A DNA stretch of 64,000 nucleotides from Bacteriovoracaceae bacterium (GTDB lineage: Bacteria; Bdellovibrionota; Bacteriovoracia; Bacteriovoracales; Bacteriovoracaceae), in assembly GCA_040399925.1 (NCBI GenBank), contig JBBARF010000002.1, positions 3,213 through 67,212 on the forward strand, read 5' to 3'. A program made the position numbers and the translations under genes. Positions 24,180 to 34,554 of the stretch are shown here, piece after piece. Each line of letters opens with the position of its first letter. Position 1 is the stretch's first letter. The notes below the pieces were generated by a model that was given only the letters and a program-made list of their open reading frames with translations, was not told where the DNA came from and searched no databases.

Positions 24180-26027
24180 ATGAATGATACGACTAAAATT
24201 AAAGTTTCAGACTACCTCGCGCAATTCTTGAAAGATAAAAAGATTGAACACGTTTTTGGAATCATTGGTTCCGGAAACGCTCATATTTTCGACTCAATCA
24301 ATAGTCTTGGCTATAGTGAGATCGTTTGTGTTCACCACGAGCAAGCCGCAGTTATGGCCGCTGGAACTTACTATCGTATGACCGGAAAAATTAGTGCCGT
24401 GTTGTTAACAACAGGTGCTGGCTCACTGAACGGGATTACAGGAAACATTAGTCTCTGGATGGATTCCATTCCGGCGTTAATTCTTTCTGGAAATGAAAAT
24501 TCGAAATTCACTACTCCTGAAAACAAATTACGTATCTGGGGTATCCAGGGCTACAACAGCACTAAGGTTGTTGAAGATTATAATAAATACGTTATGCGCG
24601 TAATGAATCCTGCATCGATAAGTCTTGAATTAGAAAAAGCTTATGACATTGCCGGGAAGGGCAGACCGGGTCCTGTTTGGCTTGATATTCCTATGAATAT
24701 CCAGGCGGCCCAGGTGGCAGTTGCTGAACTTCAGAAATACGATAAGCCAATTGAAACTTCTTTCAAACCAACTAAGAGCGTTCAGACTTTTGATCAAGGT
24801 ATTGATCAGATTGTAGCTGGTCTTCAAAATGCTAAACGTCCAGTTATCTGGCTGGGTCACGGCATACGTCTGGCCGGAGCTGTAGAATTAATTAAACCAC
24901 TACTCAAAAACTTAAATTCACCTGCGCTTATTACCTGGAACGGAATCGACATGCTTGATTCTGATCATCCATCTCTCTTTGGCAGAGCGGGAATCTATGG
25001 CCAGAGAGCTGGAAACTTTGTTCTTCAGAACTGTGATTATCTTTTAACGATTGGAACCAGACTCGCTATTCCGCAAGTAGGATATGAGATCAATGAACTC
25101 GCAAGAGACGCTAAAATTGCATGCATTGATGTCGATCATCTTGAAGTTGAAAAATATGCTCAGCGCTTTGAAACCTGTCTCTGTGTTGATGCCAAAGAGT
25201 TTATGGAAAAACTCATTCAGAAAACGGATTCCTTAAAAGGAACGTTCTCAGCTTCCTACAGCGACTGGTGGAAGCAATGTCATTTGTATAAAGAGCGTTT
25301 CCCATGGGTCATGCCAGAACATAAAGACAAAGACGGCTTCATCAACTCTTACCCGTTCATGGAAAAGCTCTCTAAACACCTTAAAAAAGATTCAATTGTT
25401 GTTACAGACATGGGGACTGCTCTCTTGAGTGGTCACCAGGTTTTGAAAATGAAAGATCAGCAAAGACTCATGACTTCAACCGGTCTTGGCGAAATGGGTT
25501 TTGGTTTGCCGGCTGCTATCGGTGCTTCTTTTGGAAGTAACCACGGTGAAGTGGTATGCCTAAACTGCGATGGCGGGATGATGATGAATTTGCAGGAACT
25601 GCAAACCATCGCTCATCACAAGCTTCCTGTTAAAATCATCATCTTCAATAATGATGGTTACCTGATGATTAAACATACTCAAAAAGCCCTCTTTCAAGGC
25701 CGGTACTCTGGTACCGATCAGAAATCAGGGGTTACGTGTCCTGACTTCACGGAGCTGGCTAAAGCCTTTAAATTTGAAAATTTCCAGATTCGCACATGGG
25801 AAAACTTCGATGAGGTCATCCCTAAAATGATGAACACCAAAGGTCCTACTATCGTCGAAGTGTTCATGCACCCAGAGCAGTTATTTGTTCCGAAGCTATC
25901 CCTTGCTCCTCAGAAAGATGGTTCAATCGTCTCTCCCCCGATGGAGGATTTGTTCCCGTTCCTGGATAGAGCAGTATTGAAAGAAAATATGATCATTGGA
26001 ATTCATCCAAAATCTGAAAAGGTTTAA
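24180..26027 (+). CDS. ThDP-dependent carboligase (YerE-like, acetolactate-synthase fold) with CDG motif
   Basis: HHEQAA, GRPGPVWLDIP, GEMGFGLPAAIG, cofactor motif CDG-x24-NN (C463 at 25566). Confidence 0.85.
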   Translation: MNDTTKIKVSDYLAQFLKDKKIEHVFGIIGSGNAHIFDSINSLGYSEIVCVHHEQAAVMAAGTYYRMTGKISAVLLTTGAGSLNGITGNISLWMDSIPALILSGNENSKFTTPENKLRIWGIQGYNSTKVVEDYNKYVMRVMNPASISLELEKAYDIAGKGRPGPVWLDIPMNIQAAQVAVAELQKYDKPIETSFKPTKSVQTFDQGIDQIVAGLQNAKRPVIWLGHGIRLAGAVELIKPLLKNLNSPALITWNGIDMLDSDHPSLFGRAGIYGQRAGNFVLQNCDYLLTIGTRLAIPQVGYEINELARDAKIACIDVDHLEVEKYAQRFETCLCVDAKEFMEKLIQKTDSLKGTFSASYSDWWKQCHLYKERFPWVMPEHKDKDGFINSYPFMEKLSKHLKKDSIVVTDMGTALLSGHQVLKMKDQQRLMTSTGLGEMGFGLPAAIGASFGSNHGEVVCLNCDGGMMMNLQELQTIAHHKLPVKIIIFNNDGYLMIKHTQKALFQGRYSGTDQKSGVTCPDFTELAKAFKFENFQIRTWENFDEVIPKMMNTKGPTIVEVFMHPEQLFVPKLSLAPQKDGSIVSPPMEDLFPFLDRAVLKENMIIGIHPKSEKV

Positions 26028-26030
26028 GAA

Positions 26031-26969
26031 ATGTCAGGCGCAGAATTTATCAGTATTGTTACACCTTGCTTCAATGAAGAAGGAAATATCGAAGAGTTGG
26101 TTAAACAAATCAGAGATGTTTTCATTAAGATGAATCACACGAACTATGAGCACATTATCATTGATAATGATTCACAGGATAATACTCAGAATCTTCTGCG
26201 TGAATTGGCGGCAAAAGACCCTAAGATCAAAGTGATCATGAATAACCGAAACTTCGGTCATATTCGTTCACCTTATTATGGTCTACTTCAAGCGAAGGGT
26301 GATGCTGCTGTCTTGATGGCCTCTGATCTGCAGGATCCGCCTGAGATGATTATCGATTTCGTTAAAAAATGGCGAGAAGGATATAAGGTCGTTCTGGGCG
26401 TGAAAACTCAGAGTGAAGAGTCGCCGATCATGTTCGCCATCCGCAAGGCCTATTACGATTTCGTGGCCCGTGTATCTGATACAAAACTTGTTAAAAACAA
26501 TACCGGTTTCGGACTGTATGACAAAAAAGTCATTCAGATCTTAAACGATATCCAGGACCCATATCCATACTTTCGTGGCTTAATCTCTGAATTAGGATTT
26601 AAGTCCGCTAAAATTGATTTCCACCAGCCGAGTCGCAAGCGTGGTGTAACCAGCAATAACTTTTATAAGCTCTACGATATCGCAATGCTGGGGATTACCA
26701 GTCACTCGAAAGTTCCGCTTAGAATGGCAACAATGTCAGGGTTCTTGTTATCGATTTTGAGTTTTATTACGGCCATGGTTTACTTCGTCTTGAAACTTAT
26801 CTTTTGGGATCAGTTCCAGCTGGGAATTGCCCCAATGCTCATTGGGATCTTCTTCTTTATGTCGATTCAGCTTTTTTTCATTGGCATTATAGGTGAATAC
26901 GTTGGATTCATCCATACACAGGTGATGAAGCGACCGCTGGTGACTGAAAAAGAACGTATTAACTTTTAA
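26031..26969 (+). CDS. GT2 polyprenol-phosphate glycosyltransferase (GtrB/DPM-like)
   Basis: SIVTPCFNEEGNI, IDNDSQD, RNFGH, MASDLQDPP, two C-terminal TM helices. Confidence 0.9.
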   Translation: MSGAEFISIVTPCFNEEGNIEELVKQIRDVFIKMNHTNYEHIIIDNDSQDNTQNLLRELAAKDPKIKVIMNNRNFGHIRSPYYGLLQAKGDAAVLMASDLQDPPEMIIDFVKKWREGYKVVLGVKTQSEESPIMFAIRKAYYDFVARVSDTKLVKNNTGFGLYDKKVIQILNDIQDPYPYFRGLISELGFKSAKIDFHQPSRKRGVTSNNFYKLYDIAMLGITSHSKVPLRMATMSGFLLSILSFITAMVYFVLKLIFWDQFQLGIAPMLIGIFFFMSIQLFFIGIIGEYVGFIHTQVMKRPLVTEKERINF

Positions 26970-26973
26970 GTTA

Positions 26974-28029
26974 TTACCTTCCTAAACGGTACCAACGAAT
27001 AGATTTCTCAATTGCTGTTTTAGTATCAATCTTCAATTTAACGTTGAAAGTACTTTCAAATTTACTGATTGATGGAAGAAACTTAGTTAAAAGTCCCGAG
27101 TGAACAGGCACTGTTGAAACGATGCCTGATTTTCCATCAAAGTTCTGATCAACGATCTGAGCGGTAGCTCTTAATGATTTACCGTCGTCACTTCCAATAT
27201 TAAACGATGCTCCTGAAGTTTTGTTAGAAAGCGCCAGAAGAGTCCAGAAGGCCATTTCTGTAGGATACATGTAACTACGAACAGTTTCCTCATCACCGAT
27301 AATTCTGATCGGCTGCGAGGCAAGACCGTCACGAATGAAATTATTGATCGCCCATGGACGCTCTAGCGACTGATAAGGTCCAATGAATGCGAAAGGGCGA
27401 AGAACTGTAAGTGGTATCTTAAAAGAACTTCTATAAGACTGTGCCATCGATTCTGCAGCTCGTTTAGATTCAGCGTATGTTGAATTTAGAGACGAACAGC
27501 TGAGACCATAGAACGATTCTTCTTTGATATTCTCAGAAGAATAGGGCTGCATGCCGTAAACAAGACCAGAACTATACTGAAGGAAGTTAGCTAAATTATC
27601 GAGTCTCGTGCTGGCATTTAAAATCTGGTTAGTTCCAGTAATAATATCGTTCATGACTCTGACCGGGTCAGAAGCATGCTCTCTATTATCGGGAGTTCCT
27701 GCGAGGTGAATAACATAAGAAACATCTCTATCGATTTCAGAAAGATTCTTAATGTCGCCCTGAAGGAGCTTGATATTTTTTTTATTGAAAACTTCCGGAA
27801 ACTCAACGGCCACAGAGTTCATTCTGCGAGAGTGAGCAATAACCTGGATATTAGAACTGTGGTTTTCATTCAGAAAATTAATTAATCCTATGATCCATTT
27901 TCCAACAAACCCAGAAGCCCCTGAAATAAAGATCTGCTTGTTTTTTAGGAAATCAAGACGGCTGACGTTCCCACTAGCAAGCATTTCAGTAATATCTAAA
28001 TTGAACGCATCAATCTGTTTTAAATTCAT
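26974..28029 (-). CDS. NAD-dependent epimerase/dehydratase (extended SDR)
   Basis: ISGASGFVG, SSGLVYG, YAESK, LRPFAFIGP. Confidence 0.85.
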   Translation of the reverse strand: MNLKQIDAFNLDITEMLASGNVSRLDFLKNKQIFISGASGFVGKWIIGLINFLNENHSSNIQVIAHSRRMNSVAVEFPEVFNKKNIKLLQGDIKNLSEIDRDVSYVIHLAGTPDNREHASDPVRVMNDIITGTNQILNASTRLDNLANFLQYSSGLVYGMQPYSSENIKEESFYGLSCSSLNSTYAESKRAAESMAQSYRSSFKIPLTVLRPFAFIGPYQSLERPWAINNFIRDGLASQPIRIIGDEETVRSYMYPTEMAFWTLLALSNKTSGASFNIGSDDGKSLRATAQIVDQNFDGKSGIVSTVPVHSGLLTKFLPSISKFESTFNVKLKIDTKTAIEKSIRWYRLGR

Positions 28030-29042
28030 GTGGTCATCCTTACTTGCTTAGAAAGCTCAATCGCAACTTCAACAATAACGTCTTCCTGACCGGCAACAAC
28101 TTTACGCTCACCGAGCTTAAAGAAAATATCACGAGGGTCAACGTTGTATTCTTTGGCAAGTCTGTTCACTGGAGCTGCGAAACCTGAGAATACGCCGGCA
28201 ATTCCACTTACGATACTTGTCGACTTGATACTAGGAACTTCAGTCATCAAATGCTTCTCAGCGATGTCTGCAGCATCTAATACGCTATAAAGATCAATCC
28301 CTGTAGAGAAGCCTTCTTTCTCTAATACCGGAACTAAAACTTCTAACTGAGTATTTCCCGCACCAGCACCGAAACCTCTGGCACATGCGTCTAAAATCGT
28401 TGCGCCGTTCTGGGCTGCAATGATTGAGTTAATCACGGCCATCCCTAGGTTGTTGTGACCATGGAAACCAACTCGGATCTTTAAATTAGCTACGAGAGCT
28501 TTAATTCTTTCTTCAATATCTCTCGGGAAGTAGGCACCAGCTGAATCCATGATAACCACAGCTTCGGCTCCGTAAGTTTCCATCTTTTTAGCTTCTTCAA
28601 CCAGAGTTTCCACGGAGGCCATGTGGCTCATCATCAGTACTCCGAAAACTTCTTTGCCTTTCTCACGAACATAACTGATGTGATTTCTTGTGACGTCAGC
28701 TTCGGTACAGTGAGAAGCAATTCTGAAAACATCTACACCAATATCCAGTGCCAGATTGATATCTTTTTTGATTGTCGCAAATCCAGGAATTACGTGAATG
28801 CTGAGTTTTGAATGATTGAGATTCTCACGAGCGGTTTCAAGAAGCGTCTTATCCGTTTCGCGACAAATACCAACCTGAATTGAAGAAGCACCCAAACCAT
28901 TTCCATGGCCAACTTCAATCACTGGAATACGCGCCTTATCAGCAGCTTTACAATAAAGGGCAATTTGCTCTTTAGTGAGTTGGTGTTTGATAGCGTGGTT
29001 TCCATCTCGTAGAGTAGGGTCACAAATTGTGATATGTTTCAT
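28026..29042 (-). CDS. dmpG: 4-hydroxy-2-oxovalerate aldolase (DmpG/MhpE family)
   Basis: DPTLRDGNH, IEVGHGNGLG, HCTEAD, DSAG, GFHGHNNLG, DPRDI. GGAG supports ATG29042. Confidence 0.92.
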   Translation of the reverse strand: MKHITICDPTLRDGNHAIKHQLTKEQIALYCKAADKARIPVIEVGHGNGLGASSIQVGICRETDKTLLETARENLNHSKLSIHVIPGFATIKKDINLALDIGVDVFRIASHCTEADVTRNHISYVREKGKEVFGVLMMSHMASVETLVEEAKKMETYGAEAVVIMDSAGAYFPRDIEERIKALVANLKIRVGFHGHNNLGMAVINSIIAAQNGATILDACARGFGAGAGNTQLEVLVPVLEKEGFSTGIDLYSVLDAADIAEKHLMTEVPSIKSTSIVSGIAGVFSGFAAPVNRLAKEYNVDPRDIFFKLGERKVVAGQEDVIVEVAIELSKQVRMTT

Positions 29043-29054
29043 TTGATTCTCCAA

Positions 29055-29927
29055 TTATTTATTTTTGGCGTATTCTTCGGCCATGCTGATGGCTGCACAG
29101 TTGATAATATCCAGATTCCCGGCATATTTTGGTAGGTAATCACCAAGTCCCTGAACGCGAACCATAACCATAATTCTACCGTTTTCAAAAACTGGAGGTA
29201 CTACAATTCTGTAGCCTGGAACATAAGCTTGAATTTTAGCTTCCATTTCGCGTATCGGACCTTCTAATTTCTTAGCGTCACACTCTTTAACTTTGGCAAA
29301 TACCGTTGTCTGCATATCGATGCACGGAACAGCAGGGTTAAGATTCAAAATCGCCTTAACGTTCTTGCAGCCAGACAATTCCTGAATACCCATTTCCGTA
29401 TTATCGATATATTCATCAATATTGGCACGAGTACCAGGACCAGCACTTCTTGAAGCAATGCTTGATACTGTTTCAATATACTCAATTCCTTCAACATGCT
29501 TCATAAGCGTATAAGCAAGGGGAGTAGAGGCCTGTCCACCACATGTAACCATGTTGATGTTATCGTAACCAAGGCAGTCTTTACCGTTGATTGCAGGCAC
29601 ACACATTTTTCCGAATTGAGACGGAGTCATGTCGATACATTTAATTCCAAGCTTTCGAAGAATTGGGGCATGGATGAGGTGTGAGGCTGCAGTTGTAGCA
29701 TCAAACACCAGATCACAAATGGTTGGGTTTTGTTGGATGGCCTCGATTCCCTGATCCGATATCGGAACATTTTTGGAATTGGCTTTTTGCATACCGGGAG
29801 AAGCGAGGTTTCGGCCGATGAACAATGTGCATTCAAGGTGCTCAGATCTTAGGATCTTAAGCAACAGATCTGTACCGATATTTCCACTGCCAAGAATGGC
29901 AACTCTTAGTTTTTTGCCCGATATCAA
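29055..29927 (-). CDS. dmpF: Acetaldehyde dehydrogenase (acylating) (DmpF/MhpF family)
   Basis: ILGSGNIGTDL, FDATTA, NMVTCGGQA, SAGPGTRANIDEY, YAGNLDI. Confidence 0.93.
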   Translation of the reverse strand: MISGKKLRVAILGSGNIGTDLLLKILRSEHLECTLFIGRNLASPGMQKANSKNVPISDQGIEAIQQNPTICDLVFDATTAASHLIHAPILRKLGIKCIDMTPSQFGKMCVPAINGKDCLGYDNINMVTCGGQASTPLAYTLMKHVEGIEYIETVSSIASRSAGPGTRANIDEYIDNTEMGIQELSGCKNVKAILNLNPAVPCIDMQTTVFAKVKECDAKKLEGPIREMEAKIQAYVPGYRIVVPPVFENGRIMVMVRVQGLGDYLPKYAGNLDIINCAAISMAEEYAKNK

Positions 29928-30141
29928 AAGAACCCCCTAAGGATGCATAACTTAATTTTTTTTATGAGATTATAACAAATAGGGAATGTTGTCGTGAGTA
30001 AAATAGACATTTGATACATGGCGTGAGCAAGGGGTATTTTTTTAATCAATTTAATTAGTTATTTATTAACAAGCTTAGATATATATCAATTTACGGTTCA
30101 TTTTTACCCTAATCCATGTAATCTCATTATGAGATAAATAA

Positions 30142-31683
30142 ATGACTTCAAATAAACCATATCTAAATCCTTACTTACAGATTCTTCTTGGAAGTCTGAT
30201 AGTCTTCTTTTTGGCCTATTGCTTTCACTTTAATGCGGATTTGAGTGATGAAGGGTTCTATCTCTACTATTTCCAGCAGGGCCACAAGGCCGTTTCCTTT
30301 AACTTTTATCATGTTTTTGTTTCACCGATCGGAAGTCTTTTTTCCCACTATTTGATTGGATATCGATATTTGAGGTTGGTTCTTATATTAGGATCTAGCT
30401 TATTCCTTTATTTCTCCATGCCGGTGGATAAGCGGAGAAATAACTGGCTTCTTCCCTTATGTCTTGGTCTCTTGTATTTCAATCTACTTTCTACCTTTTC
30501 ATACAATACGGCTGTTCTCTGTGGAGCAAGTCTTGCATTAGCTCTGAACATCAAAATTCAGTATTCGACATTCAAAAAAACGATTTCTTCCATCCTAGGA
30601 ATATTGTGCTTTTTTTCTTTTTCCGCCAGGTTTGGTTCTGGAATTATCATTCTTGTTTTGAGCTCAATTTCTTTTTTTCTTTATATAGAAAATAAACGAG
30701 AGGCGATGAAATGCATCGCACTTTTATGGGTCATGTTCACCCTTTGTTTCGTGATTTATTTGTTCATGTTCAAAGAAAACTTTTTTTTGATGCTTGAAAC
30801 CTTACCTGCAATTACAAAGAGTACTCATCTTGGACTTTTTGATAAGTATCTGAGTCAAACCACTAGATTCATCCTCAGAAGTGTCTTCCCGCCACTTTTA
30901 TTAGGCCTACTTTCATTAAAGTATTTCCCTCGCAAGTACTTTTCAGTTTTATTGGCCTATCTTAGCTGGTTCATTGTTAAAAATATTTTCTACGAGTACG
31001 ATTTTTCGAAGTTTGGGTATTATGCATCCGGCTTAATTCTCACTCTTGCGATCATAGAAATTTATACCAAATACACTAAAGAAACTTTTTTCTATCTTTT
31101 GTTTCCACTGGCGCTGTATTTTTCATCTTCTTTGGGGACGAATAATAATCTTTTTGAATTTGCCGCCTATAATTCACTTTTATTTTACCCTTTGATTGGC
31201 AGTTTAAGATTGAGTTCACTTAAATTTCAGATTTTAAGTAGTTTATTGTTCATCCTGGCATTGGTGGGAATTTATAAGAATCAGTATCATCAAACTTATC
31301 GATCTTTGCCTCGCTCAGAACTGACATTCGTCGCGAGCAATTATCCCGCGCTAAGAGGCATAAAAGTAAATCAAATGACTGAGTTGAAACTAGCTAATCT
31401 TACACAAATGCTGACGAGCTCAGGGTTCAACTTTCAATCAGATCAAATAGTGGTTTACCCTAATATGCCAGGCCTTGTTTCTTTCTTAAACCTCAAGGCT
31501 TTTGGGAATCCATGGAATATTGATATCTATCCTAAGTCTCATATTTCCAACTGCATATTCTATAAAGTTGAACCAATTAATGCCGAAGGTCGGGTTTTCC
31601 TTTACTCGGAAAAAGACCTACCGACTGAAATGACTGAATGTTTAAAAAGGCCAATGATTGAGCTTCATGGAAAGTCTCAATAG
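30142..31683 (+). CDS. Polytopic membrane protein, GT-C-like glycosyltransferase (or polymerase/ligase) candidate
   Basis: About 12 TM helices, acidic motif DLSDEGFY right after TM1, soluble C-terminal domain. Confidence 0.55.
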   Translation: MTSNKPYLNPYLQILLGSLIVFFLAYCFHFNADLSDEGFYLYYFQQGHKAVSFNFYHVFVSPIGSLFSHYLIGYRYLRLVLILGSSLFLYFSMPVDKRRNNWLLPLCLGLLYFNLLSTFSYNTAVLCGASLALALNIKIQYSTFKKTISSILGILCFFSFSARFGSGIIILVLSSISFFLYIENKREAMKCIALLWVMFTLCFVIYLFMFKENFFLMLETLPAITKSTHLGLFDKYLSQTTRFILRSVFPPLLLGLLSLKYFPRKYFSVLLAYLSWFIVKNIFYEYDFSKFGYYASGLILTLAIIEIYTKYTKETFFYLLFPLALYFSSSLGTNNNLFEFAAYNSLLFYPLIGSLRLSSLKFQILSSLLFILALVGIYKNQYHQTYRSLPRSELTFVASNYPALRGIKVNQMTELKLANLTQMLTSSGFNFQSDQIVVYPNMPGLVSFLNLKAFGNPWNIDIYPKSHISNCIFYKVEPINAEGRVFLYSEKDLPTEMTECLKRPMIELHGKSQ

Positions 31684-31773
31684 TTCTTTTGCCATGTGTT
31701 ATCCATCGATCTTTCATAGCTGAAAACCTCCTGTTTTGTTATAAAAGTAGTGTAAATTCAACACGGGATTTCC

Positions 31774-32832
31774 ATGAAGGCAAAATGCTTATTAGTTACT
31801 GGCGGTGCTGGCTTTATCGGCTCGGCCCTGATTCGACATTTAATCAAAACGACTGACTATACCGTAATTAATTTAGACAAGCTTACCTATGCGGGAAATC
31901 TAGAATCTCTGGCCGAAATTGAAAATTCAAACCGATACACCTTTGTTAAAGGTGATATTTGCGACAAAACGTTGGTCAGCAAACTTTTAAAAACCCATCA
32001 GCCCTCTGCAATCATGCATCTTGCAGCAGAGTCGCATGTGGATCGCTCTATCGATGGTCCGTCTGAGTTTATTCAAACAAACATCATCGGTACGTTCAAT
32101 CTTCTCGAATGCGCTTTAGAGTACTGGAAATCTGAAAATCAAAATCCAGATTTTAGATTTCAGCATATTTCGACGGATGAAGTTTATGGATCGCTTGGTG
32201 AAACAGGTCTCTTTAAAGAAACGACTCCCTATGATCCTAGTTCTCCCTATTCGGCCTCTAAAGCTTCTTCGGATCATCTCGTCAGAGCATGGGAACGCAC
32301 ATACGGTCTGCCAGTTCTCGTAACAAATTGCTCTAACAATTATGGTCCTTATCACTTTCCTGAAAAACTGATTCCCTTAATTATTCAAAATGCACTCCAA
32401 GGAAAACCTTTGCCTGTCTATGGTGATGGAAAACAAATTCGTGATTGGCTCTTTGTTGAAGATCATGCCAAGGCCCTTTTTGCGGTCCTTGAAAAAGGTA
32501 AAGTCGGCGAGACCTACAATGTAGGCGGGGATTCTGAGAGACAAAATATCGATGTCGTAAAAAAAATCTGCGGCTTTCTGGATGAATACGTTCCTGATTC
32601 TGCGTTCAGGCCTCATGCTCAACTCATTACCTACGTTGCTGATCGACCAGGGCATGACAGAAGATATGCCATTGATTGCAGTAAACTCAAAAATGAACTG
32701 GGTTGGAAACAAGAAGAGAACTTTGAGTCGGGCATAAAGAAAACAGTTCAATGGTTTCTTGATAACCAGGCATGGGTTAAACAGGTTCTTGCCAATAAAT
32801 ACTCTGGCGAAAGATTAGGATTAAAAAAATGA
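31774..32832 (+). CDS. rfbB: dTDP-glucose 4,6-dehydratase
   Basis: [45 protein letters not shown]. Confidence 0.97.
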   Translation: MKAKCLLVTGGAGFIGSALIRHLIKTTDYTVINLDKLTYAGNLESLAEIENSNRYTFVKGDICDKTLVSKLLKTHQPSAIMHLAAESHVDRSIDGPSEFIQTNIIGTFNLLECALEYWKSENQNPDFRFQHISTDEVYGSLGETGLFKETTPYDPSSPYSASKASSDHLVRAWERTYGLPVLVTNCSNNYGPYHFPEKLIPLIIQNALQGKPLPVYGDGKQIRDWLFVEDHAKALFAVLEKGKVGETYNVGGDSERQNIDVVKKICGFLDEYVPDSAFRPHAQLITYVADRPGHDRRYAIDCSKLKNELGWKQEENFESGIKKTVQWFLDNQAWVKQVLANKYSGERLGLKK

Positions 32833-33707
32833 AAGGTATTATTTTAGCGGGTGGAAGTGGTTCGAGACTTTTTCCAATTACTCGCGGAGTTTCAAAACAG
32901 CTTTTACCTATTTATGACAAGCCGATGATTTATTATCCGCTGTCGGTTTTGATGTTGGCGGGAATTCAGGACATTCTAATCATCACAACTCCTGAGGATG
33001 CCGATAGTTTTAAAAGGCTCTTGGGTAATGGTGAAATATTCGGAGTAAGACTCACTTACGCGGCTCAACCTAAACCTGATGGTCTTGCCCAAGCTTTCAT
33101 CATTGGCGAAGAATTCATTGGGAAAGATAACGTATGTTTAATTCTTGGGGATAATATTTTCTATGGTCAGGGTTTCACACCGATACTCAAGAGAGCGATC
33201 GAAAATAATAAGGGTGCAACAATCTTTGGTTATAAAGTTAAAGATCCTGAACGTTACGGTGTTGTTGAGTTTGATAAAAACATGAAGGTTATTTCGATTG
33301 AAGAAAAACCTACGAAGCCAAAATCTAATTACGCAGCCACTGGACTCTACTTTTACGATAACCGGGTTTCATCTATTGCGAAGACGATTAAGCCTTCTGC
33401 TAGAGGTGAGCTTGAGATCACAACTTTGAATAATGAATATCTAAAAATGGGCGAACTCAATACTGAAATCCTTGGTCGTGGATTTGCTTGGCTCGATACC
33501 GGAACTCATGACAGTTTGATTGAGGCCGGTCACTATGTTGAGACTATTCAAAATATGCAGGGACTAAAAGTGGCATGTTTGGAAGAGATTGGATGGCGTA
33601 TGGGATGGCTGAGCGATGCCGAGCTCGCTGAACAGGCCCAGTTCAATTCTAAGAATGAATACGGTCAGTATTTGAAACAACTCCTCATTGAAGCAGGAAA
33701 GGCATGA
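32829..33707 (+). CDS. rfbA: Glucose-1-phosphate thymidylyltransferase
   Basis: [46 protein letters not shown]. Confidence 0.97.
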   Translation: MKGIILAGGSGSRLFPITRGVSKQLLPIYDKPMIYYPLSVLMLAGIQDILIITTPEDADSFKRLLGNGEIFGVRLTYAAQPKPDGLAQAFIIGEEFIGKDNVCLILGDNIFYGQGFTPILKRAIENNKGATIFGYKVKDPERYGVVEFDKNMKVISIEEKPTKPKSNYAATGLYFYDNRVSSIAKTIKPSARGELEITTLNNEYLKMGELNTEILGRGFAWLDTGTHDSLIEAGHYVETIQNMQGLKVACLEEIGWRMGWLSDAELAEQAQFNSKNEYGQYLKQLLIEAGKA

Positions 33708-34099
33708 GCAAAAAGTTAATGGATCTGAAAGGCCATACCGACGGAAGAGGACTACTTGTTGCTCTTGAGTCTAATAAGTCTGTACCGTTTGATATCAAAC
33801 GTATTTATTATCTGACAGATTTAAAAAAATCAGAACCGCGTGGATTTCACGCTCATAAAAACTTAAAGCAAGTTGCTATCTGTCTGCAAGGGAGCTGTCG
33901 CTTTATTCTGGATGACGGCAAGACACGTGAAGAATTTATTCTTTCAAGTGCTACACAAGGTTTACTCATTGAAGAAATGTATTGGCGTGAAATGGATCAA
34001 TTCAGTGATGGATGTGTGATCCTGGTTCTTGCAAGCGAGCTTTACGATGAGTCTGATTATATTCGTGACTACAATGAATTCAAAAAGCGAGTTCTCTAA
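33704..34099 (+). CDS. fdtA: dTDP-4-keto-6-deoxyhexose 3,4-ketoisomerase (FdtA/QdtA cupin)
   Basis: [27 protein letters not shown]. FdtA and QdtA cannot be separated by eye. Confidence 0.85.
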   Translation: MSKKLMDLKGHTDGRGLLVALESNKSVPFDIKRIYYLTDLKKSEPRGFHAHKNLKQVAICLQGSCRFILDDGKTREEFILSSATQGLLIEEMYWREMDQFSDGCVILVLASELYDESDYIRDYNEFKKRVL

Positions 34100-34554
34100 T
34101 GATTCATCCTTTGAGTGACGTGAAATCTCAAACTATTGGAACGAGTACAAATATTTGGCAATTCGTAGTTGTTTTACCCAAGGCTAAAATAGGTGAGAAT
34201 TGTAATGTTTGTTCTCATTGTTTTATCGAGAATGAAGTCGTCATTGGCAATAATGTGACCATTAAGAATAATGTCCAGATCTGGGATGGTATTACGATCG
34301 AAGATGATGTTTTTATCGGTCCGAATGCTACATTCACCAATGATGTTTATCCTCGCTCAAAGGTTTATCCGGATTCATTTCCGAAGACTCTTGTTCAAAA
34401 GGGTGCCTCCATTGGAGCGAATGCCACCATCCTTCCTGGTATTACGATCGGAGCAGGGGCGATGATTGGTGCTGGCTCTGTTGTAACCAAGGATGTACCT
34501 GCAAAAGCATTAGTCGTAGGGAATCCAGCTAAATTAGTAAGGATGTTAGAATGA
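34099..34554 (+). CDS. Left-handed beta-helix N-acetyltransferase (FdtC/QdtC/WxcM-like)
   Basis: [12 protein letters not shown], hexapeptide repeats, GNPA. Confidence 0.85.
   Translation: MIHPLSDVKSQTIGTSTNIWQFVVVLPKAKIGENCNVCSHCFIENEVVIGNNVTIKNNVQIWDGITIEDDVFIGPNATFTNDVYPRSKVYPDSFPKTLVQKGASIGANATILPGITIGAGAMIGAGSVVTKDVPAKALVVGNPAKLVRMLE

Noticed and set aside
28026-29927. Aromatic meta-cleavage operon
   Set aside because: No upstream pathway genes; the pair is embedded in and co-transcribed with sugar-nucleotide genes.
29928-31773. JUMPstart/ops element upstream of the polysaccharide operons
   Set aside because: No GGCGGTAG-type motif was found in the intergenic regions inspected.
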